The notes under the pieces are model-generated. The model saw only the letters and a list, made by a program, of their open reading frames with translations. It did not search any database and was not told the origin of the DNA. The translations under genes and the position numbers were made by a program. Shown here piece after piece: positions 26,427-36,252 of a stretch of DNA of 64,000 nucleotides. Within the stretch, counting starts at the first letter, position 1. Every line of letters begins with the position of its first letter. Source of the stretch: Thermoanaerobaculia bacterium (GTDB lineage Bacteria; Acidobacteriota; Thermoanaerobaculia; Gp7-AA8); assembly GCA_017883235.1 (NCBI GenBank), contig JADGNY010000005.1:7180-71179 (forward strand), read 5' to 3'.

Positions 26427-27104
26427 CTATTCCCCCAGCTTCGCTTTCAGGTCCTTCAGCTCTTCTCGCAACGTCACGATCTGCGCCTCGAGGCGTTCCA
26501 CGCGCACGGACAGCGGCTCGCCCGGAGTCGCACGCGTTTCGTCACCCGCCGGCTCCTCGGCGATGGCACCGCCGAGGAGATGCGCCCAGCGCGACTCCTT
26601 CCGGCCGGGGCGGCGCGGCTGCTCGCGGACGATGGCGTCGTCGTGGGAGCCGAGGCGTTGCAGCGTGGCTTCGACGTCGTCGATGGTCTCGAAGGCATGG
26701 AGCCGGTCGCTACGGCCGCGCAACTCGCCGGACGTCTGCGGGCCACGAAGGAACAGCAGCGTCAGGATTGCTTTGGCGGGGCGGTCGAGATGCCAAGTGG
26801 GGTCGAGATTGTGGTCCCAGCGCGTGGCCCTTCCGCCCAGCACTTTCCAGACGAGCTTCTCGTCCTGGAGCCGGTTAAGCGTCCGCTGCACCTCGCTCTC
26901 GCCAACTTCCATGACCGGCTCGCGATTCGATTTCTGATTGCAGGCGGCGACGAGCGCGTTGATCGTCAGCGGGTAGTACTCCGGCGTGGCGAGTTGCTTC
27001 TCCATCAGACAGCCGAGCACGCGGACCTCGATCGGATCGAGCTCGCGCCGCGGCAGACGGCGCGGTTTGCGCTCGCCGTCGAGAGTGGTAACGGAATAGG
27101 ACAT
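26427..27104 (-). CDS. YceH/DUF480 family protein
   Basis: LDPIEVRVLGCLMEKQLATPEYYPLTINALVAACNQKSNREPVM is the hallmark DUF480 N-terminus. It has a C-terminal coiled coil. Confidence 0.8.
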   Translation of the reverse strand: MSYSVTTLDGERKPRRLPRRELDPIEVRVLGCLMEKQLATPEYYPLTINALVAACNQKSNREPVMEVGESEVQRTLNRLQDEKLVWKVLGGRATRWDHNLDPTWHLDRPAKAILTLLFLRGPQTSGELRGRSDRLHAFETIDDVEATLQRLGSHDDAIVREQPRRPGRKESRWAHLLGGAIAEEPAGDETRATPGEPLSVRVERLEAQIVTLREELKDLKAKLGE

Positions 27105-27150
27105 GGTAGGTGGAGTTTATCCCGATCGTCCTCCATGAGAATTCACGTTT

Positions 27151-28302
27151 TCAGGGTTGACCAACCGGAGATGAAGCGGAGATGAAGACCGCCGGCCGCG
27201 CCGCGCGCGTCTGCCCGAAATAGTTGTCGACGCGCATGGCCGCTTTCTCCGACAGCGACCGGAACGTCGTCATCTTGCCGCCGAATACGTTCAGCAGGTT
27301 TCCGCGGCGCTCGAGACGATAGTCACGAGCAATGGTGCTCGGATTGGTGGCCCGGCCGACCAGAGGACGGACTCCGGCGAAGGTCGAGGCGATGTCGTCG
27401 CGTCCGATGGGCTGGCGAACGTAGCGGTTGAATCGGGCGATGAGGTAATCGATTTCCTCATTGGTCGCCTGAACATGTTCGAGGGACGTCTGGTGCATCA
27501 CCTCCGTCGTTCCGACGAGCGTCGTCCCTTTCCAGGGCAGGACGAAGAAGACGCGGCGGTCGCTGAGCGATTGCAGCAGCATGCCGGCGTCGGCGATGCG
27601 GTGGTTGAGCACGAGATGCGAGCCGCGAACGAGCGAGAGGCGGTAGCGCGAGCGGATGCCGTTCTCGGCGAGGAATGCGTTCATCCACGGCCCCGCGGCG
27701 TTGATCACGAAGTCGAATCGTTCCAGCGCGCCGCCGGCGATCGCCACGATCCACTCCTTTCCGCTGCTGCGCAGAGACAGGACGCGCGTTTGCTCGCGCA
27801 CCGTCGCTCCTTCCTCGATCGCGGAGGCGACGACGCGACGCGCCAGCGCGTAATCGTCGGTCTGGGCGTCGCGGTAACTGAATCCGCCACGCAGTCCGGC
27901 GCGCACCAGCGGTACGCGGGCCATCAGCTCATCGGCGGTCAGCGCCTCGTGCCGGGCGATGTTGGAGCGGCCAGCCAGCAAGTCGTAGAGCACCAGCCCG
28001 GCTCGGATTACGACCCGGCTTCGGGGACTGTCGTCGTAGACAGGCAGAAGGATCTCGACCGGCTTGACAAGGTCGGGAAGATGCTCGAGCAGCCAGGCGC
28101 GGTCGCGCAACGACTCGCGCACCAATGCGATGTGAAGATTCTCGAGGTAGCGGAGGCCGCCGTGAATCATCTTCGTCGTCGCCGACGATGTCTGCGCGCC
28201 GCAGCGGCCCTTCTCGAAGAGGGTGACGTCGTAGTCGCGGCGTGCCAGCTCCCACGCGATCCCCACGCCATTGATCCCGCCGCCGATGACCGCGAGCCGC
28301 AC
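27151..28302 (-). CDS. FAD-dependent glycerol-3-phosphate dehydrogenase/oxidase-like oxidoreductase
   Basis: VIGGGINGVGIAWELARRDYDVTLFEK...SSATTKMIHGGLRYLE. Confidence 0.8.
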   Translation of the reverse strand: MRLAVIGGGINGVGIAWELARRDYDVTLFEKGRCGAQTSSATTKMIHGGLRYLENLHIALVRESLRDRAWLLEHLPDLVKPVEILLPVYDDSPRSRVVIRAGLVLYDLLAGRSNIARHEALTADELMARVPLVRAGLRGGFSYRDAQTDDYALARRVVASAIEEGATVREQTRVLSLRSSGKEWIVAIAGGALERFDFVINAAGPWMNAFLAENGIRSRYRLSLVRGSHLVLNHRIADAGMLLQSLSDRRVFFVLPWKGTTLVGTTEVMHQTSLEHVQATNEEIDYLIARFNRYVRQPIGRDDIASTFAGVRPLVGRATNPSTIARDYRLERRGNLLNVFGGKMTTFRSLSEKAAMRVDNYFGQTRAARPAVFISASSPVGQP

Positions 28303-28330
28303 GGGACGATCGTACCGTAAAGAGCCTTCA

Positions 28331-28397
28331 CCACAGAGGCACAGAGGACACAGAGAAAACAGAAGTAAGAGTCTCTGTGTCCTCTGTGCCTCTGTGG
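28331..28397. repeat. Perfect 26-bp-stem hairpin (cacagaggacacagag REP family)
   Basis: ccacagaggcacagaggacacagaga ... tctctgtgtcctctgtgcctctgtgg. Confidence 0.75.
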
Positions 28398-28420
28398 TTA
28401 ACGCTTTTGGACTGCGATCC

Positions 28421-28687
28421 CTACGCCACCGCCACCGCTTCGCGATACTGAATCTCGTACAACTTCCGGTACAGCCCCTCGTGCTGCATCAACTCATCGT
28501 GCGTTCCGCGCTCGCGGATCTCGCCGTGGTGGAAGACGAGGATCGTGTCGGCGGAGCGGATCGTGGAGAGGCGATGGGCGATGACGATCGACGTCCGGCC
28601 GGCCATCAGCATCTGGATCGCTTCCTGGATCAGCACCTCGGTCTCGGTATCGACCGAGGACGTGGCCTCGTCGAGCACCAGAAGCAC
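28421..28687 (-). pseudogene. Isolated 3' fragment of an ABC exporter gene (NBD C-terminus only)
   Basis: The 88 aa ([81 protein letters not shown]) are nearly identical to the C-terminus of the 29690-31537 gene. The nucleotide match is roughly 90-93% by eye. No upstream coding continuation exists. Confidence 0.8.
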
Positions 28688-28689
28688 CT

Positions 28690-28888
28690 ACCCCGCAACA
28701 TGAAGCTGCTCACTCGCGCCCTCGGCTCGCGTGAGACGGAGTCCAACGATTTCATCTCGATGCTGATGTTCGAGCCGCATTACGTATCGACGCTGATCGA
28801 GATCGGCGAAAGCGATGTCGCGTCGCGCCTGGACGAGTTGCGCGCGTTCCTCCGCGAGCCGGCGAGCGCGGCGATCAGCGCGGTGTGA
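28690..28888 (+). pseudogene. Orphan gene tail (possibly a patatin-like phospholipase C-terminus)
   Basis: The only sensible reading, ...DFISMLMFEPHYVSTLIEIGESDVASRLDELRAFL, starts abruptly at the ABC-fragment junction. The family guess is weak. Confidence 0.25.
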
Positions 28889-28927
28889 AAACCCTCCCGC
28901 CGCGGCCGGAAGGAGGGCTTCCTGCGA

Positions 28928-29515
28928 TCAGAAGTTCAAAAGATGGAAGATGTGGACGTTCGAGAAGCGGGCGTAGGCGTTCGAATTAAATGACCATGCA
29001 CCCTGAATGGAGATCGTGATCGTGTCTCCTGCCGCGACGTTGTAGATGTCCACATAGGGCACGGAGCCGGAGTCATTGCCCTGGCCCCCGTTCAGATAGT
29101 AGAGAGTGTATGGCGTGGTCGTGTTCGTTGCGGGGTGGTAGAGCGTGACAGTGGCGTTGATCTGGTCATACCAGGTCACATCCGGCGAGTACAACTCGGT
29201 GAACATCTCGATCTCATAGTGGCCGCCTTCGCCCGTCGGCACGGTGAACGAGCGCGTGGCATTGCCGGACAGCGCACGAATTTCAAATCCGGGCAGGTTG
29301 GAGAAGGCCGACAGCGTGGTCGCGCTCAGGCCGAACATGCTCCAGCAGTCCCACGTTGATTTTTGTTCCGTGAGGTTCTCCGCCGAGTAATCGACCCAAT
29401 AATACCCGCCCGCCGAGTAAAAACCCCCCGTTGAGCAGTCGGTGGCATAGGCAGGGAGTCCGGCGAGGACGCCAAACAACAGAGAGAAGACAGCAGCAGC
29501 AGACGCTTTTCGCAT
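28928..29515 (-). CDS. Secreted hypothetical protein (Tyr/Asn/Thr-rich beta protein), lower GC
   Basis: Start at MRKASAAAVFSLLFGVLAGLPAYA, with AAAGGAGGAAT upstream. A spot GC count gives about 52%. No family recognised. Confidence 0.65.
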   Translation of the reverse strand: MRKASAAAVFSLLFGVLAGLPAYATDCSTGGFYSAGGYYWVDYSAENLTEQKSTWDCWSMFGLSATTLSAFSNLPGFEIRALSGNATRSFTVPTGEGGHYEIEMFTELYSPDVTWYDQINATVTLYHPATNTTTPYTLYYLNGGQGNDSGSVPYVDIYNVAAGDTITISIQGAWSFNSNAYARFSNVHIFHLLNF

Positions 29516-29689
29516 AATTCCTCCTTTACTCCTTTCGACTTCGTAGAATATGGGTTGCGGTAGCGGCCACCGGTACAGTGAAGACGCGCGTGGCGTTCCC
29601 CGATAGTCCACGAATGGTTCCATCCGTTCCTAGCAATGGTAGGAGGTGGAATTCCGCATGGCGGTGATTAATATCACGCCTCGGTGTGT

Positions 29690-31537
29690 TCACGCGACGG
29701 CCGCTGTCTCGCGATACTGAATCTCGTACAGCTTCCGATACAGCCCCTCGTGCTGCATCAACTCGTCGTGCGTTCCGCGCTCGCGGATCTCGCCGTGGTG
29801 GAAGACAAGGATGGTGTCGGCGGAGCGGATCGTGGAGAGGCGATGGGCGATGACGATCGACGTCCGGCCGGCCATCAGCAGTTGAATCGCTTCCTGGATC
29901 AGCACCTCGGTCTCGGTATCGATCGAGGACGTCGCTTCGTCGAGTACGAGCACGGGCGGGTTGAAGGCAAGCGCCCGAGCGAATGAGAGGAGTTGCTTCT
30001 CTCCCACTGATAGTCCTGCGCCGCGCTCGCGGACCTCGGAGTCATAGCCATCGGGCAGACGCTGGATGAAACGATCCGCCTGCACGCGTCTGGCCGCTTC
30101 CTGCACGACCTCGGCGGAGATCTCCGGATCGCCGAGGGAGATGTTCTGCGCAATTGTGCCGGTGAAGAGGAAAAAGTCCTGCTGCACGATTGCAAAGAGG
30201 GAGCGGAGGGATGTCACCGTGTAGCGCCGGATATCGATGCCGTTGATCAGAATCTCGCCGCCCTGCGGCTCGTAGAAGCGCAGCAGGAGCGCGGTCACGG
30301 TCGTCTTCCCCGCTCCGGTGTGACCGACGAGCGCCACCCGCTCACCGTGGGTCACGGTGAAGGAGACATTCTTCAACACCCACTCCGGCTCGTTGTAGGC
30401 GAAGCAGACATCGCGGAACTCGATCGACTCGAAATGATCGATCTCCAGCGTTCCCTCGTCGAGGATGCGCGGCGGTGTGTCGAGCGTCTTGAAGATCCGT
30501 TCGCTGGCCGCCATGGCCGCTTGCAGGATGTTGTACTTCTCCGAGAGGTCGGAGATCGGTTCATAGAAACGTTGCGCGTACTGAAAGAACGCGGTCAGCG
30601 TGCCCAGGGAGAGCATGCCCTGGATGACCTGGCCGCCTCCGTACCAAACGATGAGCGCGATCCCGATCGTCTCCACAAGCTCCACGACCGGATAGAAGAT
30701 CGAGTAGTAAAAGACCGAGTCGAGGTTGGCGTCGCGATGGCGGGCGTTCAGTCCATCGAACTTTTCTGCTTCGTCTAACTCCCGGTTGAAGAGCTGAACA
30801 GTGGCCATGCCGGAGATGTGCTCCTGCAGGAAAGCATTGATGGCCGCGATGCGCGCGCGCGTCTTGCGGTAGGTCTTGCGCGCGCCGGCGCGGAACCACG
30901 CCGAGGCCAGAACGATCAGAGGGATGATCGAGAAAAGCACCAGCGCCATCCGCCAGTTCATCCAGAACAGCACGCCGACGATGCCTGCGAGCACGAAGAT
31001 GTCGCCGAAGATGGAGACGAAACCGGCCGTGAACATCTCGTTGAGCGCGTCGACGTCGGTGGTGACGCGCGTCATCAGCCGGCCGACCGGATTGCGGTCG
31101 AAGAACTGGATATCGAGCCGCTGGAGGTGCTCGAAGATCTGTTTGCGGAGGTCGTACATGATGTACTGCCCCATCAGATTCATCAGCACCATCTGCGTGT
31201 AAAGCACGGCAAAGCCGCCGGCGAGGACGACGAAGTAAAGGCCGGCCGCGAGATTGATCCCGCTCATCGGATCGAGGGCCCAGCCGTGCGCCACCAGCCA
31301 GGCGCCGATGCGCTGGCTGACCCAGGTCACGCTCGCCCCTTGAGAAGGCTTCACGTAGAGGTCGATCGCCACCGCCACGATGGCCGGGCCCGCGATCTCG
31401 AGCAACGACGAAAGGATGACCAGCCCGACCGACACCGTGGCCCGAAGCCGGTACGGCCTCAGATAGCGCATCAGCCGCCGCGCAAGATGCGGGTCGAAGG
31501 CCTTTGCTCCTTCGTCTTCGTGTCGTTCGAATTCCAT
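29690..31537 (-). CDS. ABC exporter, fused permease/ATPase (MsbA/MdlB-like), subunit B
   Basis: Start at MEFERHEDEG. Six TM helices, Walker A GHTGAGKTT, signature LSVGEKQ and Walker [10 protein letters not shown]. Confidence 0.9.
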   Translation of the reverse strand: MEFERHEDEGAKAFDPHLARRLMRYLRPYRLRATVSVGLVILSSLLEIAGPAIVAVAIDLYVKPSQGASVTWVSQRIGAWLVAHGWALDPMSGINLAAGLYFVVLAGGFAVLYTQMVLMNLMGQYIMYDLRKQIFEHLQRLDIQFFDRNPVGRLMTRVTTDVDALNEMFTAGFVSIFGDIFVLAGIVGVLFWMNWRMALVLFSIIPLIVLASAWFRAGARKTYRKTRARIAAINAFLQEHISGMATVQLFNRELDEAEKFDGLNARHRDANLDSVFYYSIFYPVVELVETIGIALIVWYGGGQVIQGMLSLGTLTAFFQYAQRFYEPISDLSEKYNILQAAMAASERIFKTLDTPPRILDEGTLEIDHFESIEFRDVCFAYNEPEWVLKNVSFTVTHGERVALVGHTGAGKTTVTALLLRFYEPQGGEILINGIDIRRYTVTSLRSLFAIVQQDFFLFTGTIAQNISLGDPEISAEVVQEAARRVQADRFIQRLPDGYDSEVRERGAGLSVGEKQLLSFARALAFNPPVLVLDEATSSIDTETEVLIQEAIQLLMAGRTSIVIAHRLSTIRSADTILVFHHGEIRERGTHDELMQHEGLYRKLYEIQYRETAAVA

Positions 31538-31545
31538 GGTGTGCT

Positions 31546-31709
31546 GCGGCTTCGCCGCGTTGTCTGCGCTATCGCGCGTTCTCTGCGCCTGCTTCGCGGC
31601 GCGTTGTTTGCGGCTACGGCCGCGTGGCCTGAAATCATCGCCGCCTCGTTGTTCATTGACCACGCGCCCGCAGGCGCAGACAACCGACAACGCGGCGAAG
31701 CCGCAGACA
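31546..31709. repeat. Hairpin REP element between the two ABC genes
   Basis: ctgcggcttcgccgcgttgtc ... gacaacgcggcgaagccgcag. Confidence 0.65.
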
Positions 31710-31725
31710 ACGCGCGCAAGCGCAG

Positions 31726-33531
31726 TTAAGCGATCTCCGCGATCTCCTCCTCAAGGGTCTGTCGTCGATAGAGATTTGCGTAGTAGCCGTCCTGCTCGAG
31801 AAGCGCGTCGTGCGTCCCTCGCTCGACGATGCGTCCGTCGTCGATGACGATGATGGTGTCGGCGTCCTTCACCGACGAGACGCGGTGCGAGACGATCAGC
31901 GCGGTGCGGCCTTTGCGGATCTCGCGCAGCGCGCGGAGGATCTGCTCCTCCGTATTCGTGTCGACCGCGCTCAGGGAATCGTCGAGAATCAGGATGGCCG
32001 GGTCGCGGACGAGAGCGCGCGCGATCGCCGTCCGCTGCTTCTGCCCGCCCGACAGCGTGATGCCGCGCTCTCCGATCAGCGTCTCCAATCCCTGCGGGAA
32101 AGAAGCGACGTCGCCCGACAGGCCGGCCAGACCAGCCGATTCCTGAACGTCCTGCGGCGATGCATCGCGGCGCCCGAAGCGGATGTTCTCGGCGATCGAT
32201 TCGGAGAAGAGGAAGGTCTCCTGCGGAACCGCGCCGATCCACTGGCGGAGTTGCGAGGTCGGGAACGATTCGATCGGCCGACGGTCGATCAGGATCGTCC
32301 CCGGCGGCGGCTCGAAAGTCCGCGTGATCAGCGCCAGCAACGTCGACTTCCCGCTTCCGGTCCGCCCGACGATGCCGACCGTTTCGCCGGGACGGACATG
32401 GAGATCGATGTCGCGCAGTGTTGGCCGGGACGATCCGGCATAGGTGAACGTGAGGTGGCGAATCTCGATCTCGCCGCGCACCGGTACGAGCACGCGCTCC
32501 CCCGAGTCAGCCTGAACCTCAGGCTGGATCGACCACACCTCGTGCAGGCGCACCATCGAGGCCATACCGCGCTGGAAAAGATTCGTCACCCATCCGAGCG
32601 CGATGAGAGGCCAGACCATCCTGCCGAGATAGAGCTGAAAGGCGATGAAACTTCCGATCGAAAGCGTGCCGAGGATCATGGCCCGGCTGCCAAGGTAGAA
32701 GATCAGACAGAAGAGCAGCCCGATCATCGCGTGCAGGCCGGGATAGAACATCGCCGTAAGCTTGATGACGGTGCGGTTGCGCTCGACGTACTCCCGGTTC
32801 ATCGCCGCGAACAACTGGCCCTCCGCGCGCTCCCGTCCGAACGCGCGCACCACCCGCACGCCGGCCAGGTTCTCCTGCACGCGCGCCGAGATATCGCCGA
32901 AATAGTCCTGCACGGCTTTGAACTTCACATGAATCCGCTGGCCGAAGTACCGCACCATCAGGATGATCACCGGCACGGAAATCAGAGAGAGGAGCGCCAT
33001 CTCCCGATTGATCCGCAGCATCATCACGAAGGCGCCGATGACGACGATCAGCGACGAGAGCGAATGCATGACGGCCGGCCCGATCAGCATCCGTACCGAG
33101 GCCAGGTCGTTCGTGGCGCGGGAGAGGAGATCGCCCGTGCGCTGCTCCTGGTAGTAGGCCACCGGCAGCGACTGCAGATGCCCATAGAAGTCGTTGCGCA
33201 TCTCATATTCGATGCGCCGCGACTCCCCGATGATGATGCGGCGCTGCAGCAAAAGGAAAAGCCCTTCGCACATCGCCGTGCCGACGAGCAGGAGCCCGTA
33301 GCGGACCATCACCCCACGCCTGACCGCCGTCGCCAGCTCGTTGACCGCGCTGCCGATGATGAGCGGCTTGAGCAGCGAGAACCCCGCCGAGGCGATCACG
33401 CAGAGCCCACCGAGCGTCAGGGCCGACTTGTGCCGGGCGAAGTATCCGAAGAGTCGGCGGAGGGGAGAGGGAGTCGGTGGCAATGTTGTTGGATGTCGAT
33501 GTCCGTATCGACGGCTTCGACCGCCCATCAT
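31726..33531 (-). CDS. ABC exporter, fused permease/ATPase, subunit A
   Basis: Six TM helices, GRTGSGKST, LSGGQKQ and ILILDDSLS. The start codon is uncertain within the first 30 codons or so. Confidence 0.9.
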   Translation of the reverse strand: MMGGRSRRYGHRHPTTLPPTPSPLRRLFGYFARHKSALTLGGLCVIASAGFSLLKPLIIGSAVNELATAVRRGVMVRYGLLLVGTAMCEGLFLLLQRRIIIGESRRIEYEMRNDFYGHLQSLPVAYYQEQRTGDLLSRATNDLASVRMLIGPAVMHSLSSLIVVIGAFVMMLRINREMALLSLISVPVIILMVRYFGQRIHVKFKAVQDYFGDISARVQENLAGVRVVRAFGRERAEGQLFAAMNREYVERNRTVIKLTAMFYPGLHAMIGLLFCLIFYLGSRAMILGTLSIGSFIAFQLYLGRMVWPLIALGWVTNLFQRGMASMVRLHEVWSIQPEVQADSGERVLVPVRGEIEIRHLTFTYAGSSRPTLRDIDLHVRPGETVGIVGRTGSGKSTLLALITRTFEPPPGTILIDRRPIESFPTSQLRQWIGAVPQETFLFSESIAENIRFGRRDASPQDVQESAGLAGLSGDVASFPQGLETLIGERGITLSGGQKQRTAIARALVRDPAILILDDSLSAVDTNTEEQILRALREIRKGRTALIVSHRVSSVKDADTIIVIDDGRIVERGTHDALLEQDGYYANLYRRQTLEEEIAEIA

Positions 33532-33651
33532 TCAACATTCAACACGGAACATTCAACCTCTCAGTGTGCCGCAACCGCCTGGTTCCACATCTCTTCCTTC
33601 ACCCGGCACTTGCCATCATGGAGGCTTTGCTGAGTGATCGCATCGATAACT

Positions 33652-33846
33652 CTACGAAAGCCGCCGGTACAACTCGGCGTTCTTCTCCAGAACTCGGCCG
33701 ACCGCGCGTTCGAACTGGGCATCGCGCTGAATCTTCTCCTCCACGCTTGCTTGAAGGAGTTGCTCGACCGAGATCCCACGCTGCTGCGCCGCCTGCTCGA
33801 TCTTCGAAGCAGTCTCGTCGGGAACGTAAATTTCGAGCGTTTTCAT
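33652..33846 (-). CDS. Ribbon-helix-helix (CopG/Arc-like) small DNA-binding protein
   Basis: MKTLEIYVPDETASKIEQAAQQRGISVEQLLQASVEE is a typical RHH N-terminus. Confidence 0.6.
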   Translation of the reverse strand: MKTLEIYVPDETASKIEQAAQQRGISVEQLLQASVEEKIQRDAQFERAVGRVLEKNAELYRRLS

Positions 33847-33858
33847 CGCTTACCAACC

Positions 33859-34104
33859 CTACCTCGGAAGATCCTCGAGACGTATGCCTTTGCCCGCGCG
33901 AATATCTGCGCGCGCCTTGTCAACCCGGCGAAGGAAGGTCTCATCATGCTCCAGTCGGTAATCGAACCAATCATCTTCTGATCCGAAACCAAGGAGCACG
34001 CCGGCGGGCTTGCCGTGACGCGTGATGACGATCTCCTCGCCCTCCGCCAGATGAAGGTATCGCGAGAGGTCATCCTTGATCTTCGAAAGAGGTATCTTCT
34101 TCAT
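33859..34104 (-). CDS. Phd/YefM-family antitoxin
   Basis: IPLSKIKDDLSRYLHLAEGEEIVITRHGKPAGVLLGF. Confidence 0.75.
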   Translation of the reverse strand: MKKIPLSKIKDDLSRYLHLAEGEEIVITRHGKPAGVLLGFGSEDDWFDYRLEHDETFLRRVDKARADIRAGKGIRLEDLPR

Positions 34105-34394
34105 TCGGGTGTCCCTCGCTCAGCGAGCCAGGCGGCGGCTCTCGCTTTCTCGACGACAGCTAACACATGCACTTCGTCCTCCACGACATCGTAGAAGACC
34201 CGAACATCACCTATCCGCAGGCGATACTGCGGTCGCCGCAGACCTCGCAAGCGCTTGATTCGGCTCTTGCTAACCTTCCTCGGTTCGTGCCGGAGATGGC
34301 GCTCTATCGCATCGCGAACCTCAGCTCGAACATGCGCCTCCAACGCTCGGTAGCGCTCACCCGCTTCAGGAGCGAAGGTGATCTCGAAACGCAT
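34101..34394 (-). CDS. RelE/ParE-family toxin
   Basis: Start at MRFEITFAPEA. ...LRGLRRPQYRLRIGDVRVFYDVVEDEVHVLAVVEK is a canonical RelE/ParE core. It has a 4-nt overlap with the downstream Phd gene. Confidence 0.75.
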   Translation of the reverse strand: MRFEITFAPEAGERYRALEAHVRAEVRDAIERHLRHEPRKVSKSRIKRLRGLRRPQYRLRIGDVRVFYDVVEDEVHVLAVVEKARAAAWLAERGTPE

Positions 34395-34641
34395 TCTGGC
34401 CAGAGTATAGCTAAAGCAGTGATGCCGGAGGCATTCCTGACTCGCGGTGCGAGCGCAGGTTGTGAGAAGGGTTGAGCCGCGGAGAGGCGACATCTCAGTC
34501 GGCTCGAATTTCCGAAATGTCGCCGCTCCGCGGCTCGACTTTCTTGATGCCTGGGTTCCCAGCGCTGACGCACTGGGCTACGTAGATTTCGCCGCTCCGC
34601 GGCTGAGGCCCAGCGCGCGCCTGGCATTTTTGCAAAGCGAC

Positions 34642-35043
34642 TCACCCTGGCTCCCCCTCCTCCCGCACCCTCCCCTCTTTATCCTTCAACGGCAGCTTTT
34701 TCATCTCCTGCAGCGTGATTCGCAGCACGCTGCCGAGCGTGAATCCCTGCGGAAAACAGTGCGGGATGCGGATTCCGGCGCCGCTGAGCTCCAGGAAATC
34801 GAGCGGCGGTTTGCGGCGGGCCAGCACGAAGACGAGCTTGCGCGGGAGGTCTTCGCGGTCGTCGGCGTTGAGGTGGAGGGGTTGGAGGTAGTAGCCGAAG
34901 TGCATCGTGCGCAGAGCGGGGACGCCGCCGGCGAACTCCGGGAGAGTCACGCTCAGACCGAGGGCGCCGAAGATCCAGTTCTCCTGGGCGAACTCGCCGC
35001 GCCAGAAGTCCTCTTCGTCCGGGGTCAGATGTTCGAGCCGCAT
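34642..35043 (-). CDS. Hypothetical protein (133 aa), last gene of the ABC-2/thioredoxin operon
   Basis: Start at MRLEHLTPDEEDFW, with an ATGA overlap with the thioredoxin gene stop. The longer track ORF is an Arg-rich extension. Confidence 0.5.
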   Translation of the reverse strand: MRLEHLTPDEEDFWRGEFAQENWIFGALGLSVTLPEFAGGVPALRTMHFGYYLQPLHLNADDREDLPRKLVFVLARRKPPLDFLELSGAGIRIPHCFPQGFTLGSVLRITLQEMKKLPLKDKEGRVREEGEPG

Positions 35044-35528
35044 CAGCGCACGCGGTCTAGAAATGCAGCGAATTGATCGCGTCCGGGATAGCCGACCGTG
35101 CGGTCGCGCACGCGGCCGTCCTGCGCGGCGACGACGATGGTAGGGAAGGCGTTGACGGAATAACGATCCATCAGCCGCTGCACGTTGCCGGCATTGCGGC
35201 CATCCTCGCGCTGGCGATCGATGACTTTGACGGCGATGTAGCGATTGTTGATCTTCGCCGCGAGATCGGGATCCATGAACACCTCGCGCTCGAGCAGGTG
35301 ACACGGGCCGCACCACTCAGCGGAGAACTCATAGAGGATCGGCCGATGCGATCTCGTAGACGCGGCCATAGCCTGGTCGATATCCATCCAGTGAACGAGA
35401 TCGACGTCAGTCTTGACGGGCACTTTCCACGAGACGATACGCGCCACGATCAGCAACGCCACCACGATCGGCAGCCAGATCGGCAGCGCACGCTGCTTGG
35501 TCCGGTCGAAGGTCAGGCTAGTCGGCAC
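35043..35528 (-). CDS. Membrane-anchored thioredoxin-fold protein
   Basis: An N-terminal TM helix followed by YEFSAEWCGPCHLLE (WCGPC active site). Confidence 0.8.
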   Translation of the reverse strand: MPTSLTFDRTKQRALPIWLPIVVALLIVARIVSWKVPVKTDVDLVHWMDIDQAMAASTRSHRPILYEFSAEWCGPCHLLEREVFMDPDLAAKINNRYIAVKVIDRQREDGRNAGNVQRLMDRYSVNAFPTIVVAAQDGRVRDRTVGYPGRDQFAAFLDRVR

Positions 35529-36252
35529 CGTAAGGAACCTCCCGCCGCGAGAATATGACGCACGCCAGCAGCAGCGCCACCGAGGCGTTGCAGAGAATCA
35601 TCACGATCCAGTTGCGGTCGAAGGGAATCATCGGCGTATCGGGAAAAAGGTTGCTGTTGATCGTTGCCAGCGCTTTGAGCAGGCCGGGGTGCGCGCGCAG
35701 GAACGACCCGATCGCCCCCATCTCCCCGCTCACTGCATTCTTCATCATGTTGAGCAGGCCGGAGATCATCGGCAGAAGAATCTGGGCGGCGATGTAAATC
35801 CCGATGTTCACGTACGAGCGCGAGAAGCTGCCGAGGAGCGCCAGCAGCGAGCAGACGAACAATACCTTCAGCGCCGAGACCATTGCCGCCGCCAACGCGC
35901 TGCGCCAGGCGATCGGCGTTCCGGCGATCAGGCGTCCCACGATGTCGCTGCCGAACATGACGATGACGGCAACCCAGATCGCCAGCACCACACCGGCTAC
36001 GCGTGAGAGCAGATAGCTCGAGCGGTTGATCGGCTTACTGAGAATGAGCTGCAGAGTGCCCGACGAAAACTCAGGGCCGATGAGCTGGCATCCGGCGATG
36101 AGCGCGAAGAGTCCGATGATCTCGTACGGTGCCGACGGTGCTCCGATGGCGGACGCCGTGACCACGATGAGGATGAGCAGAAGCAGGGCGATGATGTATC
36201 CGAGGTGCGCGAAGTGCCTGCGCAGCGTCTCGGCGATCACGACGAGACTCAT
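35518..36252 (-). CDS. ABC-2 type transporter permease
   Basis: 244 aa with six hydrophobic helices. It has an ATGA overlap with the upstream ATPase gene. Confidence 0.7.
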   Translation of the reverse strand: MSLVVIAETLRRHFAHLGYIIALLLLILIVVTASAIGAPSAPYEIIGLFALIAGCQLIGPEFSSGTLQLILSKPINRSSYLLSRVAGVVLAIWVAVIVMFGSDIVGRLIAGTPIAWRSALAAAMVSALKVLFVCSLLALLGSFSRSYVNIGIYIAAQILLPMISGLLNMMKNAVSGEMGAIGSFLRAHPGLLKALATINSNLFPDTPMIPFDRNWIVMILCNASVALLLACVIFSRREVPYGAD

